A stretch of 46,921 nt of DNA from Candidatus Woesearchaeota archaeon (GCA_018221105.1 JAAOYA010000001.1:238812-285732); one strand, 5' to 3'. Counted from the first letter of the stretch, positions 8,781 through 19,783 are shown. Translations and numbers: made by a program. Notes: generated by a model from the sequence alone, not told the origin.

Positions 8781-8942
8781 ATGTTATATCTTGTAAGCAC
8801 ATATAAAAATTTTGTGCTTCACGTCTAAAAAGACTGTTTAATGTCATAATACCTCTTTGTAATGCTCAACTGCTAGTAATCTTTGAATAAAGTCTTGTTT
8901 TGGTAACAACTTTTAAATATTGTGTTGTTTTTTGGTGTTTTC

Positions 8943-11654
8943 ATGAATAAGAATTTGCTTTTGAAATTGACTGTTTTTGTTATTGTTTTAGTCTACGTGT
9001 TCACTTCTGGTTTGGCTGGATTGTTTACTGATTATTTGTGGTTTGACGCTTTGGGTTTTGAACAAATTTTTTTGATATCTTTTTTTGCTAAGATTCAATT
9101 GTTTTTTGTTGCCGCAATAATTTTTTTCTTTTTTGCAATTGTTAATGTTTTTATATCATCAAAAATAATCAGAAAAAACAGGTTTCCTTTCAAATTAAAA
9201 TTACTTATCATAACAGTTTTATCTGTTATGGTTGGCTTTAGTGTTTCTTCAAAATGGTTTAAGTTTTTGCAATTTTTTAATCAAACATCTTTTAATATCC
9301 TAGATCCTATTTTTGCGAAAGATGTTTCATTTTATGTTTTTTCACTTCCTTTATACCAAACAATTTTAGGTTTTTTTGTTAGCACAGTAGTTCTGACTAC
9401 TATTTTGGTAGTCTTAGATTATTTGAACTCGTTTATAGATTTTAAGCAATTATTTACTGATTCACAATTTCCTAAAGAAGTTGTCACAATGCCTCATAAA
9501 TCGTTTGATTTTAAAGTATTGTTCACTAAAAGAAAAGCAATAATTCATTCTGGAATTTTAATATCAATATTCTTTTTATTATTAGCTGTAAAACATTATC
9601 TTTCAAGATTTTCTATAATGTACTCAAAGAAAGGCATTGTTGTAGGAGCAGGTTATTCTGATGTTGTAGCGTACTTGCCAATGATCAAAATTTTAATGTT
9701 TTTGGCTGTTATCATGGCAGTAATGCTATTAGTTTGGGTTTTTTATATTTCAAAACAGCCAAAATTAAGAAAAAGGCACGTTTTTGCTTATGCGCTAATA
9801 GTTTATTTATTGTTTGGTTTCGTAGGCCCTACTATGATTCCTGGGCTTGTGCAAACATTAAAAGTTTCGCCTAATGAGATCAATCTTGAAAAGCCATACA
9901 TTGAAAATAATATAAAGTTTACAAGGTTAGCGTATAATCTAGCAGATGTTGAAGAGAAAGATTTTGATGTTGAAACAGCTTTAACTTCTACAATTTTGGA
10001 CGGTGCAAAAGAAACTATTGATAATGTTAGAATATTAGATTGGCGTCCACTAACTAAAACTTACAAGCAAACACAAGAGATAAGATTGTATTATGATCTT
10101 GCAGGTATTGACATTGACAGATATATTATTGATGGAAAATACACTCAGGTCATGCTGTCCCCTAGAGAACTAGACCAAAATCAAATAACTGCGAACGCAA
10201 AAACTTGGGTTAACTTGCACATGGTTTACACTCATGGTTTTGGTGTTGTGATGAGTCCAGTGAACAAGGTTACAAAGCAAGGATTGCCTAATTATTTTAT
10301 TAAAGACATCCCGCCAGTTTACACAGTTGACGAAACTAATTTAAGAATTTCAAAACCGCAAGTGTATTATGGAGAAAGAGACAATGATTATGTTTTAGTT
10401 AACACAAAAACACAAGAGTTTGATTTTCCTAAAGGCGATACTAACGAATACATTAATTATGATGGTAAAGGAGGAGTAATATTAGATTCTTTCTTTAAAA
10501 AATTATTATTTGCTGTAAAGTTTACAGATGTTAAAATTTTATTATCTTCAGATATAACAGTTGATAGCAAACTAATGTTCACGCGAAATATTGTTGATAG
10601 AATATCAAAGCTCACACCATTTTTAGGATTGGATAGTGATCCTTACTTAGTTATTGATAATGGCAAATTATTATGGATTGTTGACGCGTACACACTATCA
10701 GGAAATTATCCTTATTCTGAAAAATATGGACAAATAAATTATATAAGAAATTCTGTCAAAATAGTTGTTGACGCGTACGATGGCAGCGTAACATATTATG
10801 TTATTGACACAACTGATCCTATAATAATGACTTATGCTAAAATATTTCCTAAACAATTCAGACAATTTGAAGATATGCCGGCAAGTTTAAAAGCTCACAT
10901 AAGGTATCCTGTGGACTTGTTTAAAATACAATCACAAATTTATAGCATTTATCACATGGACGATGTTAAAGTTTTTTATAATAAAGAAGATGCATGGCAG
11001 ATTCCAAACGAAGTTTACGGTGTTGGAGAACAAGTAACAGTTGAACCTTATTATATAATAATAAAACTTCCCCAAGAGACTAAAGAAGAATTTGTTTTAA
11101 TGACATCTTTCACGCCAATAAAAAAGGATAATATGGTCGCTTGGATGGCCGCAAGGTCAGATGGTGATAATTATGGAAAGTTAATACTTTACAAATTTCA
11201 AAAAGATAAATTAATTTATGGACCCCTGCAAATTGAAGCAAAAATTGATCAGGACTCTGAAATTTCACAACAACTCACTCTTTGGAGTCAGCAAGGCTCA
11301 AGGGTTACAAGGGGAAATTTGCTCGTAATACCAATAAAGGACAGTATTTTGTATATTGAACCATTATATATTCAAGCAGAAACAGGCCAACTTCCAGAAC
11401 TAAAAAGAGTTTTAGTGTCTGACGGTGTACGAGTCGTGATGGAAGAAGACTTATCTACTGCTTTAGAAGTTTTGTTTGGCAAATCTAAACAAGTTTTTGT
11501 TGAAAAAGAAGAAAAATCAACAATTGAACTTATTGAAGAAGCACAAACTTATTATGATCTAATACAAGATTCAATGAAACAAGGAGATTGGACGGGCATA
11601 GGAGACAGTTTAGACAAATTAGGCACTGTTCTTGACAATCTAAAAAGTGATTAA
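8943..11654 (+). CDS. UPF0182 family membrane protein
   Basis: TDYLWF, DPIFAKDVSFYVFSLP, NVRILDWRP, YTHGFG, NYIRNSVK, RGNLLVIP, LYIEPLY, LPELKRV. Start ATG 8943. Confidence 0.93.
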   Translation: MNKNLLLKLTVFVIVLVYVFTSGLAGLFTDYLWFDALGFEQIFLISFFAKIQLFFVAAIIFFFFAIVNVFISSKIIRKNRFPFKLKLLIITVLSVMVGFSVSSKWFKFLQFFNQTSFNILDPIFAKDVSFYVFSLPLYQTILGFFVSTVVLTTILVVLDYLNSFIDFKQLFTDSQFPKEVVTMPHKSFDFKVLFTKRKAIIHSGILISIFFLLLAVKHYLSRFSIMYSKKGIVVGAGYSDVVAYLPMIKILMFLAVIMAVMLLVWVFYISKQPKLRKRHVFAYALIVYLLFGFVGPTMIPGLVQTLKVSPNEINLEKPYIENNIKFTRLAYNLADVEEKDFDVETALTSTILDGAKETIDNVRILDWRPLTKTYKQTQEIRLYYDLAGIDIDRYIIDGKYTQVMLSPRELDQNQITANAKTWVNLHMVYTHGFGVVMSPVNKVTKQGLPNYFIKDIPPVYTVDETNLRISKPQVYYGERDNDYVLVNTKTQEFDFPKGDTNEYINYDGKGGVILDSFFKKLLFAVKFTDVKILLSSDITVDSKLMFTRNIVDRISKLTPFLGLDSDPYLVIDNGKLLWIVDAYTLSGNYPYSEKYGQINYIRNSVKIVVDAYDGSVTYYVIDTTDPIIMTYAKIFPKQFRQFEDMPASLKAHIRYPVDLFKIQSQIYSIYHMDDVKVFYNKEDAWQIPNEVYGVGEQVTVEPYYIIIKLPQETKEEFVLMTSFTPIKKDNMVAWMAARSDGDNYGKLILYKFQKDKLIYGPLQIEAKIDQDSEISQQLTLWSQQGSRVTRGNLLVIPIKDSILYIEPLYIQAETGQLPELKRVLVSDGVRVVMEEDLSTALEVLFGKSKQVFVEKEEKSTIELIEEAQTYYDLIQDSMKQGDWTGIGDSLDKLGTVLDNLKSD

Positions 11655-11721
11655 TTTATTATTGCATTAAAAACTTTTTCTTATTTTCCACTGCTTCCGA
11701 ATCCTTTGAACAGTTTTTAGT

Positions 11722-12795
11722 TTATCCATTTTTTAATAGTATTTTTGTTATCTCGTTTTTGCTTCCTACTCTCATTGGTGGACCCCAAGTTCCTGTTCCA
11801 GGACTAATGTAGAGGTAACCATCGCCTATTTTGTTTAATCCTTTGTAAGGTCTAAACTCTATCATTACCATTAAATCGAATGGTGTTATTTGTCCTGCGT
11901 GCGTGTGCCCTGTTATCATCAAATCAACTCCTTTTTCCAGTAATGCTTTTGCTTGTTTTGGCCTGTGATTTAATAGTATTGTGTACTTAGAATCGTTAAC
12001 TTTTAGTTTGTCAAGTTTTGAAATATTTGCTTTTTGTCCTTCTATGTCATCAAAGCCTATGATGTCAACTCCTTTGACACTGACTTTTTTATCCAAAAGC
12101 AATGTCATAGTAGTTTTAGAAAGTAATCCTAACACTGCACTTTTGCCTGCGTAGGTTTCGTGGTTTCCTGTGACAAAATAGGTTGGAGCTTTTAGGTTAT
12201 TAAGTGGTAAAAACATGTCAGCAGTGTACTTTCCAGTACCATCGACCAAGTCTCCTGTGATGACTACTATGTCTGGTTTTAAATTATTAGTTCTCTCTAC
12301 TAAATGTTCTAAAAATTTTGTGTTGCGAATTGTTCCGTAGTGCACGTCTGAGAGTTGTACTATCACTAAATCATTTTTTATTTTTTTAGATTTTATAACA
12401 ACTGTTTTTTCATGAATTGTTGCACCACCGATCAAACCAATGATTGATAGCAAAACTGCAACAGTTATTAGTACAACTCCTGATACAGGCGTTGCAATAT
12501 TGAAAAACAAATTCAGTATTTTATACGCTAGAGTAATAATAAATAAGTAGAATATTATTCCAAGCCATGTTGCTCCAATAAAGTATACTGCTCTTGTTAG
12601 TGCGTTATACAAGGCGTTTTCGATTAGTGTTGCCACGACATATGACAGGCTTAGCCCTACTAATAACAAGTAAAAACCTGCAGTTTTTTCTAAATTAAAT
12701 AGTGTGTAAAGGTTTGAGAACACGAATAGGTGCATCAAGAATAGAAAAGTGAAAAATATCGCAAAAAATATTAAAAATTGTATTGCTCTCCGCAT
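11722..12795 (-). CDS. Membrane-anchored metallophosphoesterase (YkuE/YaeI-like)
   Basis: N-terminal TM helices; SDVH, TGDLVD, GNHE, GHTHAGQ, GTGTWGPPMRVGS. Confidence 0.92.
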   Translation of the reverse strand: MRRAIQFLIFFAIFFTFLFLMHLFVFSNLYTLFNLEKTAGFYLLLVGLSLSYVVATLIENALYNALTRAVYFIGATWLGIIFYLFIITLAYKILNLFFNIATPVSGVVLITVAVLLSIIGLIGGATIHEKTVVIKSKKIKNDLVIVQLSDVHYGTIRNTKFLEHLVERTNNLKPDIVVITGDLVDGTGKYTADMFLPLNNLKAPTYFVTGNHETYAGKSAVLGLLSKTTMTLLLDKKVSVKGVDIIGFDDIEGQKANISKLDKLKVNDSKYTILLNHRPKQAKALLEKGVDLMITGHTHAGQITPFDLMVMIEFRPYKGLNKIGDGYLYISPGTGTWGPPMRVGSKNEITKILLKNG

Positions 12796-12893
12796 TTCAA
12801 TCACAAGTTATTGCTTGTTTAATAAGTTTTTGATGATAAACTTTATATAATACTGTATAATAGTTTTTCAAAGTATTCAGGGGTGAGGCATTA

Positions 12894-14600
12894 ATGGCTA
12901 AGAAAAAAAGCGTTAAGAAAAAGACAACAAAGAAAACTGTTAAGAAAACTATTAAAAAAAGGCCTGTTAAAAAAAAGACTGTTGCCGATCAATTACTCTC
13001 AAAAGTTAATACTCATAAACAACCTTTAGCTTTGATACTAATTATTGCTATTGTCGGTGTTAGCGCGTTGTACATACTAAGTGATAAGCCAACAACTTCA
13101 AGTAATGTTGTTGACGTGGAATTTTTTATTATGAGCCAGTGCCCATACGGTACTCAGGTTGAGAATGCTTTCGCTCCAGTTCTTGAAGAATTTGGCAGTT
13201 CGATAAACTTCAATTTAGGTTTTATTGGAAAAGTCAATGATGACGGTAGTTTGCAAAGTTTGCATGGCCAAAAAGAAATTGATGGTAATAGAATTCAGGC
13301 TTGCGCACAAGAGTTACAACCTGAAAAACTTATGGATTTGGTTCTTTGCATGAATGAAAATGCTGGAACAATTCCTGATAATTGGCAGTCTTGCGCAAAG
13401 CGCGAAAACCTTGATGAAAAAGCTTTACAAGAGTGTTACGCTGGCACTCAAGGACAAAATTTAATCCTTGATGCTTTCACCCAGAGTGTTGAGCGCCAGG
13501 TTACTGGCAGTCCTACAATGTATTTTAATGGAGTTCTTTATGGTGGTGCTCGTGACACTGCTGCTTTCAAATTAGAAATTTGTAATCAATTAAACTTCAA
13601 ACATTCTAAGTGCGACAGTATACAAAAACCTGTAGAAGTAGAACTTACAATTCTAAACAGTGAAGATTGCACTTCGTGTAATCCCGCGCAAGTTGTTGGT
13701 GCTAGCAAACAATTTTTTCCAGGTGTCACACTAAAAGAAGTTGACGCCAGTACTAAAGAAGGTAAGGCTTTGATTGAAAAGTACGACCTAAAGCTTGCGC
13801 CAGCGTACATTTTTGATAGCACCATTACCCAAACTGCTACTTGGAAGTCTAATGAACAATTAAAAAACGCTTTTGTTGACTTAGGCGATGGCAATTATAG
13901 AATTATGGATCAATCTACAGGCGCATCATATTATTTAGATGATACCGAGCGATTAAAAGCTTTTGAGCGTTTAGGAATAACTCTTGGTGATAACAAGCCA
14001 CAAATTGACTTTTACGTGATGAGTTATTGTCCTTACGGTAATACTGCTGAAGAAGCAATAAGTCAAGTGTTTCACAAGTTTGAAGGCTTGGCAGAGTTCA
14101 CACCGCATTACGTGATTTATTCTAATTATCAAGGCGGCGGGCCAAAGTATTGTTTAGATGCTGATAGCAAGTATTGTTCTATGCATGGAATCACAGAGTT
14201 GAACCAAAACTTGCGAGAAATGTGCGTGCTACAAGAGTATGATGTTGGCAGGTGGTTTCAATTTGCTATTGCTATGAATTCAAAGTGCAATTATGAAAAC
14301 GCTGACACTTGCTGGGAGCCAGTAGCAACAGATTTAGGATTGGACACTCAAACAATCACTGATTGTTTTGACACTAACGCAGAAGCTTTTGCAGCTAATG
14401 AACTAGCGCTTAATAATTTGTTTGGTGTTAGTGGCAGCCCGACTGTTTTTATTGATGGAACATTATTTTCTGGTCAGCGAACTGCTGACGGTTACCAAAA
14501 AGCTTTATGCGAGGCTTTTGACGAAAAACCAAGCATTTGTGATACTCCACTTGGCGATCCTTCAGTTAAACAGATAGTTCCAAGCGGTGCTTGTGGTTAG
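12894..14600 (+). CDS. Membrane-anchored multi-thioredoxin-fold (DsbA/GILT-like) protein
   Basis: Lys-rich N-tail, one TM helix, two repeats with MS-x-CPYG and GSPT cis-Pro loops, central CTSC. Confidence 0.8.
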   Translation: MAKKKSVKKKTTKKTVKKTIKKRPVKKKTVADQLLSKVNTHKQPLALILIIAIVGVSALYILSDKPTTSSNVVDVEFFIMSQCPYGTQVENAFAPVLEEFGSSINFNLGFIGKVNDDGSLQSLHGQKEIDGNRIQACAQELQPEKLMDLVLCMNENAGTIPDNWQSCAKRENLDEKALQECYAGTQGQNLILDAFTQSVERQVTGSPTMYFNGVLYGGARDTAAFKLEICNQLNFKHSKCDSIQKPVEVELTILNSEDCTSCNPAQVVGASKQFFPGVTLKEVDASTKEGKALIEKYDLKLAPAYIFDSTITQTATWKSNEQLKNAFVDLGDGNYRIMDQSTGASYYLDDTERLKAFERLGITLGDNKPQIDFYVMSYCPYGNTAEEAISQVFHKFEGLAEFTPHYVIYSNYQGGGPKYCLDADSKYCSMHGITELNQNLREMCVLQEYDVGRWFQFAIAMNSKCNYENADTCWEPVATDLGLDTQTITDCFDTNAEAFAANELALNNLFGVSGSPTVFIDGTLFSGQRTADGYQKALCEAFDEKPSICDTPLGDPSVKQIVPSGACG

Positions 14601-14611
14601 GTGAAAAAAGT

Positions 14612-15535
14612 ATGGCAATTTGTGTAATAGCGTTAGTTGTTTTTAGTGTTTTAGGAATTTTTAGTGCATCGCACAGAAAGATTGCCAAAGAAGCTTTTGA
14701 TTGTGTGTTTCGACGTCTTACTTTGCGAAAGTGCGAGACTGGTCTTGACAAGCGCTTGAAAAGTCAGATTACTGGCAGTCTAATGCTAAAAGCTCCAAGA
14801 GTTGCAAAGTTCACTTACAAAAATTTTGAAGTATTAAGTTGGATTCTAACAATACTACTAATCGCATCATTAGGTTACAGCACATTTGGAGCGTATAATT
14901 TTGTGCGCTACGGCAATTGCAATGGTGATAGTGACGAATTCTGTATTTTTGACGCTTTAATACCTGAAGGCGAAAGTGAAGCTATTAGTGCTTGCGGTAC
15001 TGTAGAGCCAAACCTTGATAATCTTATAGTGCCACAAATTGGCGACTCTCACACTATAGGCCCAGAAGATGCCAAGGTCATAATCATAGAGTTTGGCTGT
15101 TATTCTTGCCCCTTTAGTCGGGAAGCACAACCAGTAGTTGAACAAGTACTAGAAGAGTACAAAGACGAAGTTTTGTTTGTGTTCAAACATTTTCCTATAA
15201 TGACTCATAATGATAGTTTGCAAGCTGCTATCGCGTCTGAGTGCGCTGACGAGCAAGGCTTTTTTTGGGATTATCACACAATACTTTTTGAAAATGATAA
15301 TCACTCAAAAGAAGCTCTAATTGAGCACGCAGGATTAATTGAAGGTTTAGATGTTGCACAATTCAGTCTTTGCCTGGCAGTGCAAGAGTACGTTGATGTT
15401 GTCAATACTGAAATTGATGAAGGCAAAGCTTCTAACATTTACGGAACACCAACATTCTTTATTAATGGCGAGCCATTGGTTGGACCAAAAACCTTCAGAC
15501 AATTCAAAAGAGTCATCAATAGAGAATTAAAATAA
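14612..15535 (+). CDS. Membrane DsbA/BdbD-like thioredoxin
   Basis: IIEFGCYSCPFS, FKHFP, AAIASECA, GTPTFFING; AGGTGA RBS before ATG 14612. Confidence 0.88.
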   Translation: MAICVIALVVFSVLGIFSASHRKIAKEAFDCVFRRLTLRKCETGLDKRLKSQITGSLMLKAPRVAKFTYKNFEVLSWILTILLIASLGYSTFGAYNFVRYGNCNGDSDEFCIFDALIPEGESEAISACGTVEPNLDNLIVPQIGDSHTIGPEDAKVIIIEFGCYSCPFSREAQPVVEQVLEEYKDEVLFVFKHFPIMTHNDSLQAAIASECADEQGFFWDYHTILFENDNHSKEALIEHAGLIEGLDVAQFSLCLAVQEYVDVVNTEIDEGKASNIYGTPTFFINGEPLVGPKTFRQFKRVINRELK

Positions 15536-15582
15536 TGCTTATTTTGATAACCTTTAAATAATATCATCTCGTTGTACGCACT

Positions 15583-16794
15583 ATGGCAAATGTTGAAAAG
15601 TTACGAAAAGATTTTCCAATACTAAATTCTAAGAATGCTCCAATTTACTTTGATAACGCTTGCAACACTTTAAGGCCCAGGCAAGTTCTTGATGTAATGA
15701 ATGAATATTATGAAGATTTTCCATCTTGTGTTGGCCGCTCTCACCATAAACTATCACAGTTAGCAACCCAAAAAGTTGATGCTGCCAGAAAACAATTACA
15801 AAATTTTGTTGGAGCAAAAAAATCTAGTGAAATTATTTTCACGCGTAATGCTACTGAAGGCTTCAACTTAATTGCTAACAGCCTCGACTTTGAAAAGAAT
15901 GATATTATTGTAAACTCTGACAAAGAGCACAATTCTAATCTTGTTCCATGGCTTGTAATAGAGCAAAAAAAAGGCCTTAAGCGCGTTATGACAACAAGCA
16001 ATACTGACAACACTTTCGATGTTGAAGCATTTGAACAAATGATGAACAAAGGAGTCAAACTAGTAAGTATTGTGGAAACGTCTAACATGGACGGGGTTAC
16101 TAACCCTATTAAAAAAATCGCCAAAATTGCGCACGATTATGGCGCTTTAGTGCTTGTTGATGGTGCACAGTCAACTCCGCACTTTGAGACTAATGTTAAA
16201 AATAGTGGTGTTGATTTTATGGCATTCTCAGCTCATAAAATGTTAGGCCCTAGTGGCATGGGAGCATTATATATTAATCAAAAGCACGAAGACAGCCTGG
16301 CACCTTTTATTGTTGGCGGCGACACTGTCAGCGATACAACTTACGAGCAAGCAATTTTTGAGAAACCTCCTAAAAAGTTTGAAGCGGGACTGCAAAATTA
16401 TGCTGGAATCATTGGTTTTGGCGCTGCAGCAAATTACTTAAAAAAACGTGTTGGTTTTTCTACTATTAAAAAACAAGACTTGGCAATCAACAATTTAATA
16501 ACTGATAAATTGTTAGAGCACAACGCCACAATTATTGGTCCAAAAGACGCTAAAGAGCGCTCTGGAATAGTATCCTTCTACTTGCAAGGCCTCGACAATC
16601 ACCAACTAGCAATGATGCTTGACAAATCTGCCAATATCGCTGTTCGCAGTGGAGTGCATTGTGTTCACTCATGGTTTAACGCTCATAAACTCGATGGCAG
16701 CGTAAGGGTCAGCAGTTATTTCTATAACACAATAAAAGAAGCGCAAAAGTTCAATGATGCACTTGACAAAGTATTAAAGGTCATGATTAAATAA
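15583..16794 (+). CDS. sufS: Cysteine desulfurase, SufS type
   Basis: IYFDNA, FTRNATE, EHNSN, VDGAQ, FSAHKMLGP (PLP Lys), RSGVHC. Confidence 0.93.
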   Translation: MANVEKLRKDFPILNSKNAPIYFDNACNTLRPRQVLDVMNEYYEDFPSCVGRSHHKLSQLATQKVDAARKQLQNFVGAKKSSEIIFTRNATEGFNLIANSLDFEKNDIIVNSDKEHNSNLVPWLVIEQKKGLKRVMTTSNTDNTFDVEAFEQMMNKGVKLVSIVETSNMDGVTNPIKKIAKIAHDYGALVLVDGAQSTPHFETNVKNSGVDFMAFSAHKMLGPSGMGALYINQKHEDSLAPFIVGGDTVSDTTYEQAIFEKPPKKFEAGLQNYAGIIGFGAAANYLKKRVGFSTIKKQDLAINNLITDKLLEHNATIIGPKDAKERSGIVSFYLQGLDNHQLAMMLDKSANIAVRSGVHCVHSWFNAHKLDGSVRVSSYFYNTIKEAQKFNDALDKVLKVMIK

Positions 16795-16829
16795 TTCTAG
16801 TAAATTTTATATAGTCCTCAAATCACAAG

Positions 16830-17495
16830 TTGTTAATGCAAGAGCGCAAGCACATTTACAGGTTTTGGCTTTTAATTTTTATTATTGTAAGTTTTGTAGT
16901 TGTTTACCAGTTCACTGCACTGTCAGACTTTTTTTCTCCTGAAAGTCTTGTTAACACAATTCATAATGCTGGAATGTGGGCTATACTGATTTTCATAACG
17001 CTAATGATTTTTGGCGCTATTATAAATGTTCCAAGCCCATTATTTTATGTTGCTAGTGGTATGGCTTTCGGAGCGTATTTTGGAACAATGATAAGTGTCC
17101 TTGGAGCAGTGCTAGCGTCAATTATTGTTTTTGGTTTTTCAAGAGCTCTTGGTGAAGAAGTTGTTAAAAAAGTTTTAAAAGAAAAATTTAAAAGATTTCA
17201 TAAAATATTAGACAATAATGGTTTGGAAATAATTCTTATAAGTCGCTTGACGCCTTTTAGTCCTTATAATGCTGTCAATTACGCTGCAGGAGTCACCAAT
17301 ATTAGTTTTAAAGATTATTTTGTTGGAACACTAATTGGAATAATCCCAAAAGTTTTCGCTTTTAATTACCTATCAAGTCCTTACACAGTATATTGGAGTG
17401 GAGAATTTTTTATGATGTCATTTGTTTTTTTACTGGTACTTTTTTACTGGCCTGCACACTATTGGCGCAAAGAAAAAAGAAAGAAACTAGTTTAA
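16830..17495 (+). CDS. TVP38/TMEM64 (DedA/VTT) family membrane protein
   Basis: ASGMAFG, SRLTPFSPYNAVNYAAG, GTLIGIIP; start may be ATG 16836. Confidence 0.88.
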   Translation: MLMQERKHIYRFWLLIFIIVSFVVVYQFTALSDFFSPESLVNTIHNAGMWAILIFITLMIFGAIINVPSPLFYVASGMAFGAYFGTMISVLGAVLASIIVFGFSRALGEEVVKKVLKEKFKRFHKILDNNGLEIILISRLTPFSPYNAVNYAAGVTNISFKDYFVGTLIGIIPKVFAFNYLSSPYTVYWSGEFFMMSFVFLLVLFYWPAHYWRKEKRKKLV

Positions 17496-17728
17496 GACTC
17501 TAATGCTTTATCAATTGCTTCTTGGTTAAAACCTACTATGATGGCGCCGCCAATGTCAAGTACTGGAACTCCCATTTGACCGCTTTTTTCTATCATCTCG
17601 TGAGCTCTCTCATGATCTTGTGAAACATCAACATGATCATACTTAACATTTTTTTCGTCTAAGTATTGTTTTACTCGAACACACCACGGGCAAGTCGGTG
17701 TTGAATATACAATGATTTTTTTGCTCAT
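17492..17728 (-). CDS. Glutaredoxin-like protein (NrdH/YruB family)
   Basis: YSTPTCPWC, SGQMGVPV, IVGFN; GAGGTGG RBS before ATG 17728. Confidence 0.93.
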   Translation of the reverse strand: MSKKIIVYSTPTCPWCVRVKQYLDEKNVKYDHVDVSQDHERAHEMIEKSGQMGVPVLDIGGAIIVGFNQEAIDKALES

Positions 17729-17835
17729 TTTGTATCCACCTCGAATTTTTGCAGTGCGCAATTATTTATAAAAGTATTGTATTAGTTAATTTTATAAACT
17801 CGCAAGGTGTTATTTTGCTTTAAAGGGTGTGATTA

Positions 17836-19533
17836 TTGACTAACGTGTTTTTTGATTTTGGACTGATTATTGTAATAGCTACTTTTTTTGCGATTATAGC
17901 TCGTTACTTGCGCCAACCACTTATTCCTGTTTACATTATTACTGGTTTAATAATTGGTCCTGGTTTGGGTTTTATTACCGACATTGAAATGATTAAGACT
18001 GTTTCAGAAATCGGTATTGCTTTTTTGCTTTTTATTGTTGGTCTAGAATTAGATTTTAGAAAATTACAAAATATTGGTTTTGTAGCGTCAGTTGGCGGCT
18101 CACTGCAAGTAATCACAATTTTTATTTTAGGATTTTTAATTTCTATGCTTTTAGGTTTTGGTTATCCAGCAAATATTTATTGGGGTTTGATAGCTGCGTT
18201 TTCTTCTACAATGGTAGTTATTAAAATGCTTGCTGACAAGGGAGAATTGTCAACTTTACACGGTAGAATAATAATTGGAATATTATTAATGCAAGATGTT
18301 TTTGCACTGATTGCGATAACAACTCTTTCAACTTTGAATAATTTATCATTTTTCTTAGTGATATTTTTTATTTTTAAGGGTTTGTGGGTTATGATTTTCG
18401 CGCTTGTTAGTGGTAAATTTTTGCTGCCACCACTTTTTAAGTTTGCAGCAAAAAGCCAGGACTTGCTTTTTTTGTTGTCAATTAGTACTTGTTTTGGTTT
18501 TGCAATGCTTTTTACCTACGCTGGATTTTCACTAGCTATCGGAGCTTTTATTGCCGGGCTAGCGCTTGCTAGTCTTCCTTACAGCACTGAAATTATTGGC
18601 AAGGTTAAAAGCTTGAGAGATTTTTTCGCCACAATATTTTTTGTGTCATTAGGTTTAGAATTATCACTTGTTAGCTTATCACAACACATTCCAACAATAA
18701 TTATTTTTTCAGTACTTATTGTTATACTAAAACCGTTATTTATCGCGTTTATAGCCTCTATTTTTGGCTACACAAAACGCAATAGTTTTTTATCAGCGAT
18801 ATCTTTAGGCCAGGTTAGCGAGTTTTCACTTATTCTAGTGGCTCAAGGATTACTATTAGGTCACATAACACAAGAAATTTTTTCTCTAACTATTGTTTTG
18901 ACAATAATAACTATCGGTATTAGCTCTTATTTTATCAAGTTTGATAAGACAATCTATAACAAGATATCTCATAAGTTAAAAATTTTGGATAGGGTGGCTC
19001 TTGATAAGTCATTGCAGTATGGAAGTCATAAAGAAAAAGAAGTCATCCTAGTGGGCTATCATAGAATAGCTTATAGTATTGTTGAAAAACTTCACAATTT
19101 AAGAAAAGATTTCATAGTCATAGATTATAATCCTGATATTATCCGAGAGCTTGCCAGTGAAAAAATTACTTGTTTGTATGGTGACATATCTGACCCTGAA
19201 ATATTGCAAAAAATTGATTTTAAAACTGCAAAGCTCATTGTTTCAACAATTCCTGAAGAAGATGACAACAAACTATTATTACAAAAAGCCAAGGATGCCA
19301 ACCCTAAGGTTATGGTTTTTGTTACGGCAAACCAGATTGATGAAGCACTAGAATTGTATGATCGCGGCGCGGACTATGTTATAATGCCGCATTTTCTTGG
19401 CGGAGAACACACTAGTTTGATGATTGAAGACACTCAAGATTTTGAAAAATTATTAAAAAATAAAATGCGCCACGTTGACCAATTGCAAAAGCGTCGAGGT
19501 GTTGGCCAAACACATCATAAAAATGTCAAGTGA
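17836..19533 (+). CDS. CPA2/Kef-type cation:proton antiporter with C-terminal TrkA-N domain
   Basis: LLFIVGLE, FSSTMVV, GILLMQD, GAFIAG, RDFFATIFF, QVSEFS; LYGDISD, GADYVI. Confidence 0.92.
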   Translation: MTNVFFDFGLIIVIATFFAIIARYLRQPLIPVYIITGLIIGPGLGFITDIEMIKTVSEIGIAFLLFIVGLELDFRKLQNIGFVASVGGSLQVITIFILGFLISMLLGFGYPANIYWGLIAAFSSTMVVIKMLADKGELSTLHGRIIIGILLMQDVFALIAITTLSTLNNLSFFLVIFFIFKGLWVMIFALVSGKFLLPPLFKFAAKSQDLLFLLSISTCFGFAMLFTYAGFSLAIGAFIAGLALASLPYSTEIIGKVKSLRDFFATIFFVSLGLELSLVSLSQHIPTIIIFSVLIVILKPLFIAFIASIFGYTKRNSFLSAISLGQVSEFSLILVAQGLLLGHITQEIFSLTIVLTIITIGISSYFIKFDKTIYNKISHKLKILDRVALDKSLQYGSHKEKEVILVGYHRIAYSIVEKLHNLRKDFIVIDYNPDIIRELASEKITCLYGDISDPEILQKIDFKTAKLIVSTIPEEDDNKLLLQKAKDANPKVMVFVTANQIDEALELYDRGADYVIMPHFLGGEHTSLMIEDTQDFEKLLKNKMRHVDQLQKRRGVGQTHHKNVK

Positions 19534-19783
19534 AAAAAAAGAATTGTTAGTCAAGGCTAGTGCCTTAAAGCCTATTGTTCAAATTGGCAAGAATGGTTTG
19601 ACAAAGACTGTTATTGAAGAAATAATCAAGCATTTAAAAAAAAGAAAGTTGATAAAAGTCAAACTCTTAAAAAGTATTGTTAGTAACGCTGACAAAAAAT
19701 TGCTTGTTGATGAGCTTGTAGCAAAGACTAACTCTACAAGATTACAAGTTGTTGGCAGTGTTGTGACATTGTATAAAAAATAA
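19523..19783 (+). CDS. yhbY: YhbY/CRM RNA-binding protein
   Basis: LKPIVQIGKNGLT, LIKVK, QVVGSVVTLYK. Start ATG 19523. Confidence 0.9.
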   Translation: MSSEKKELLVKASALKPIVQIGKNGLTKTVIEEIIKHLKKRKLIKVKLLKSIVSNADKKLLVDELVAKTNSTRLQVVGSVVTLYKK

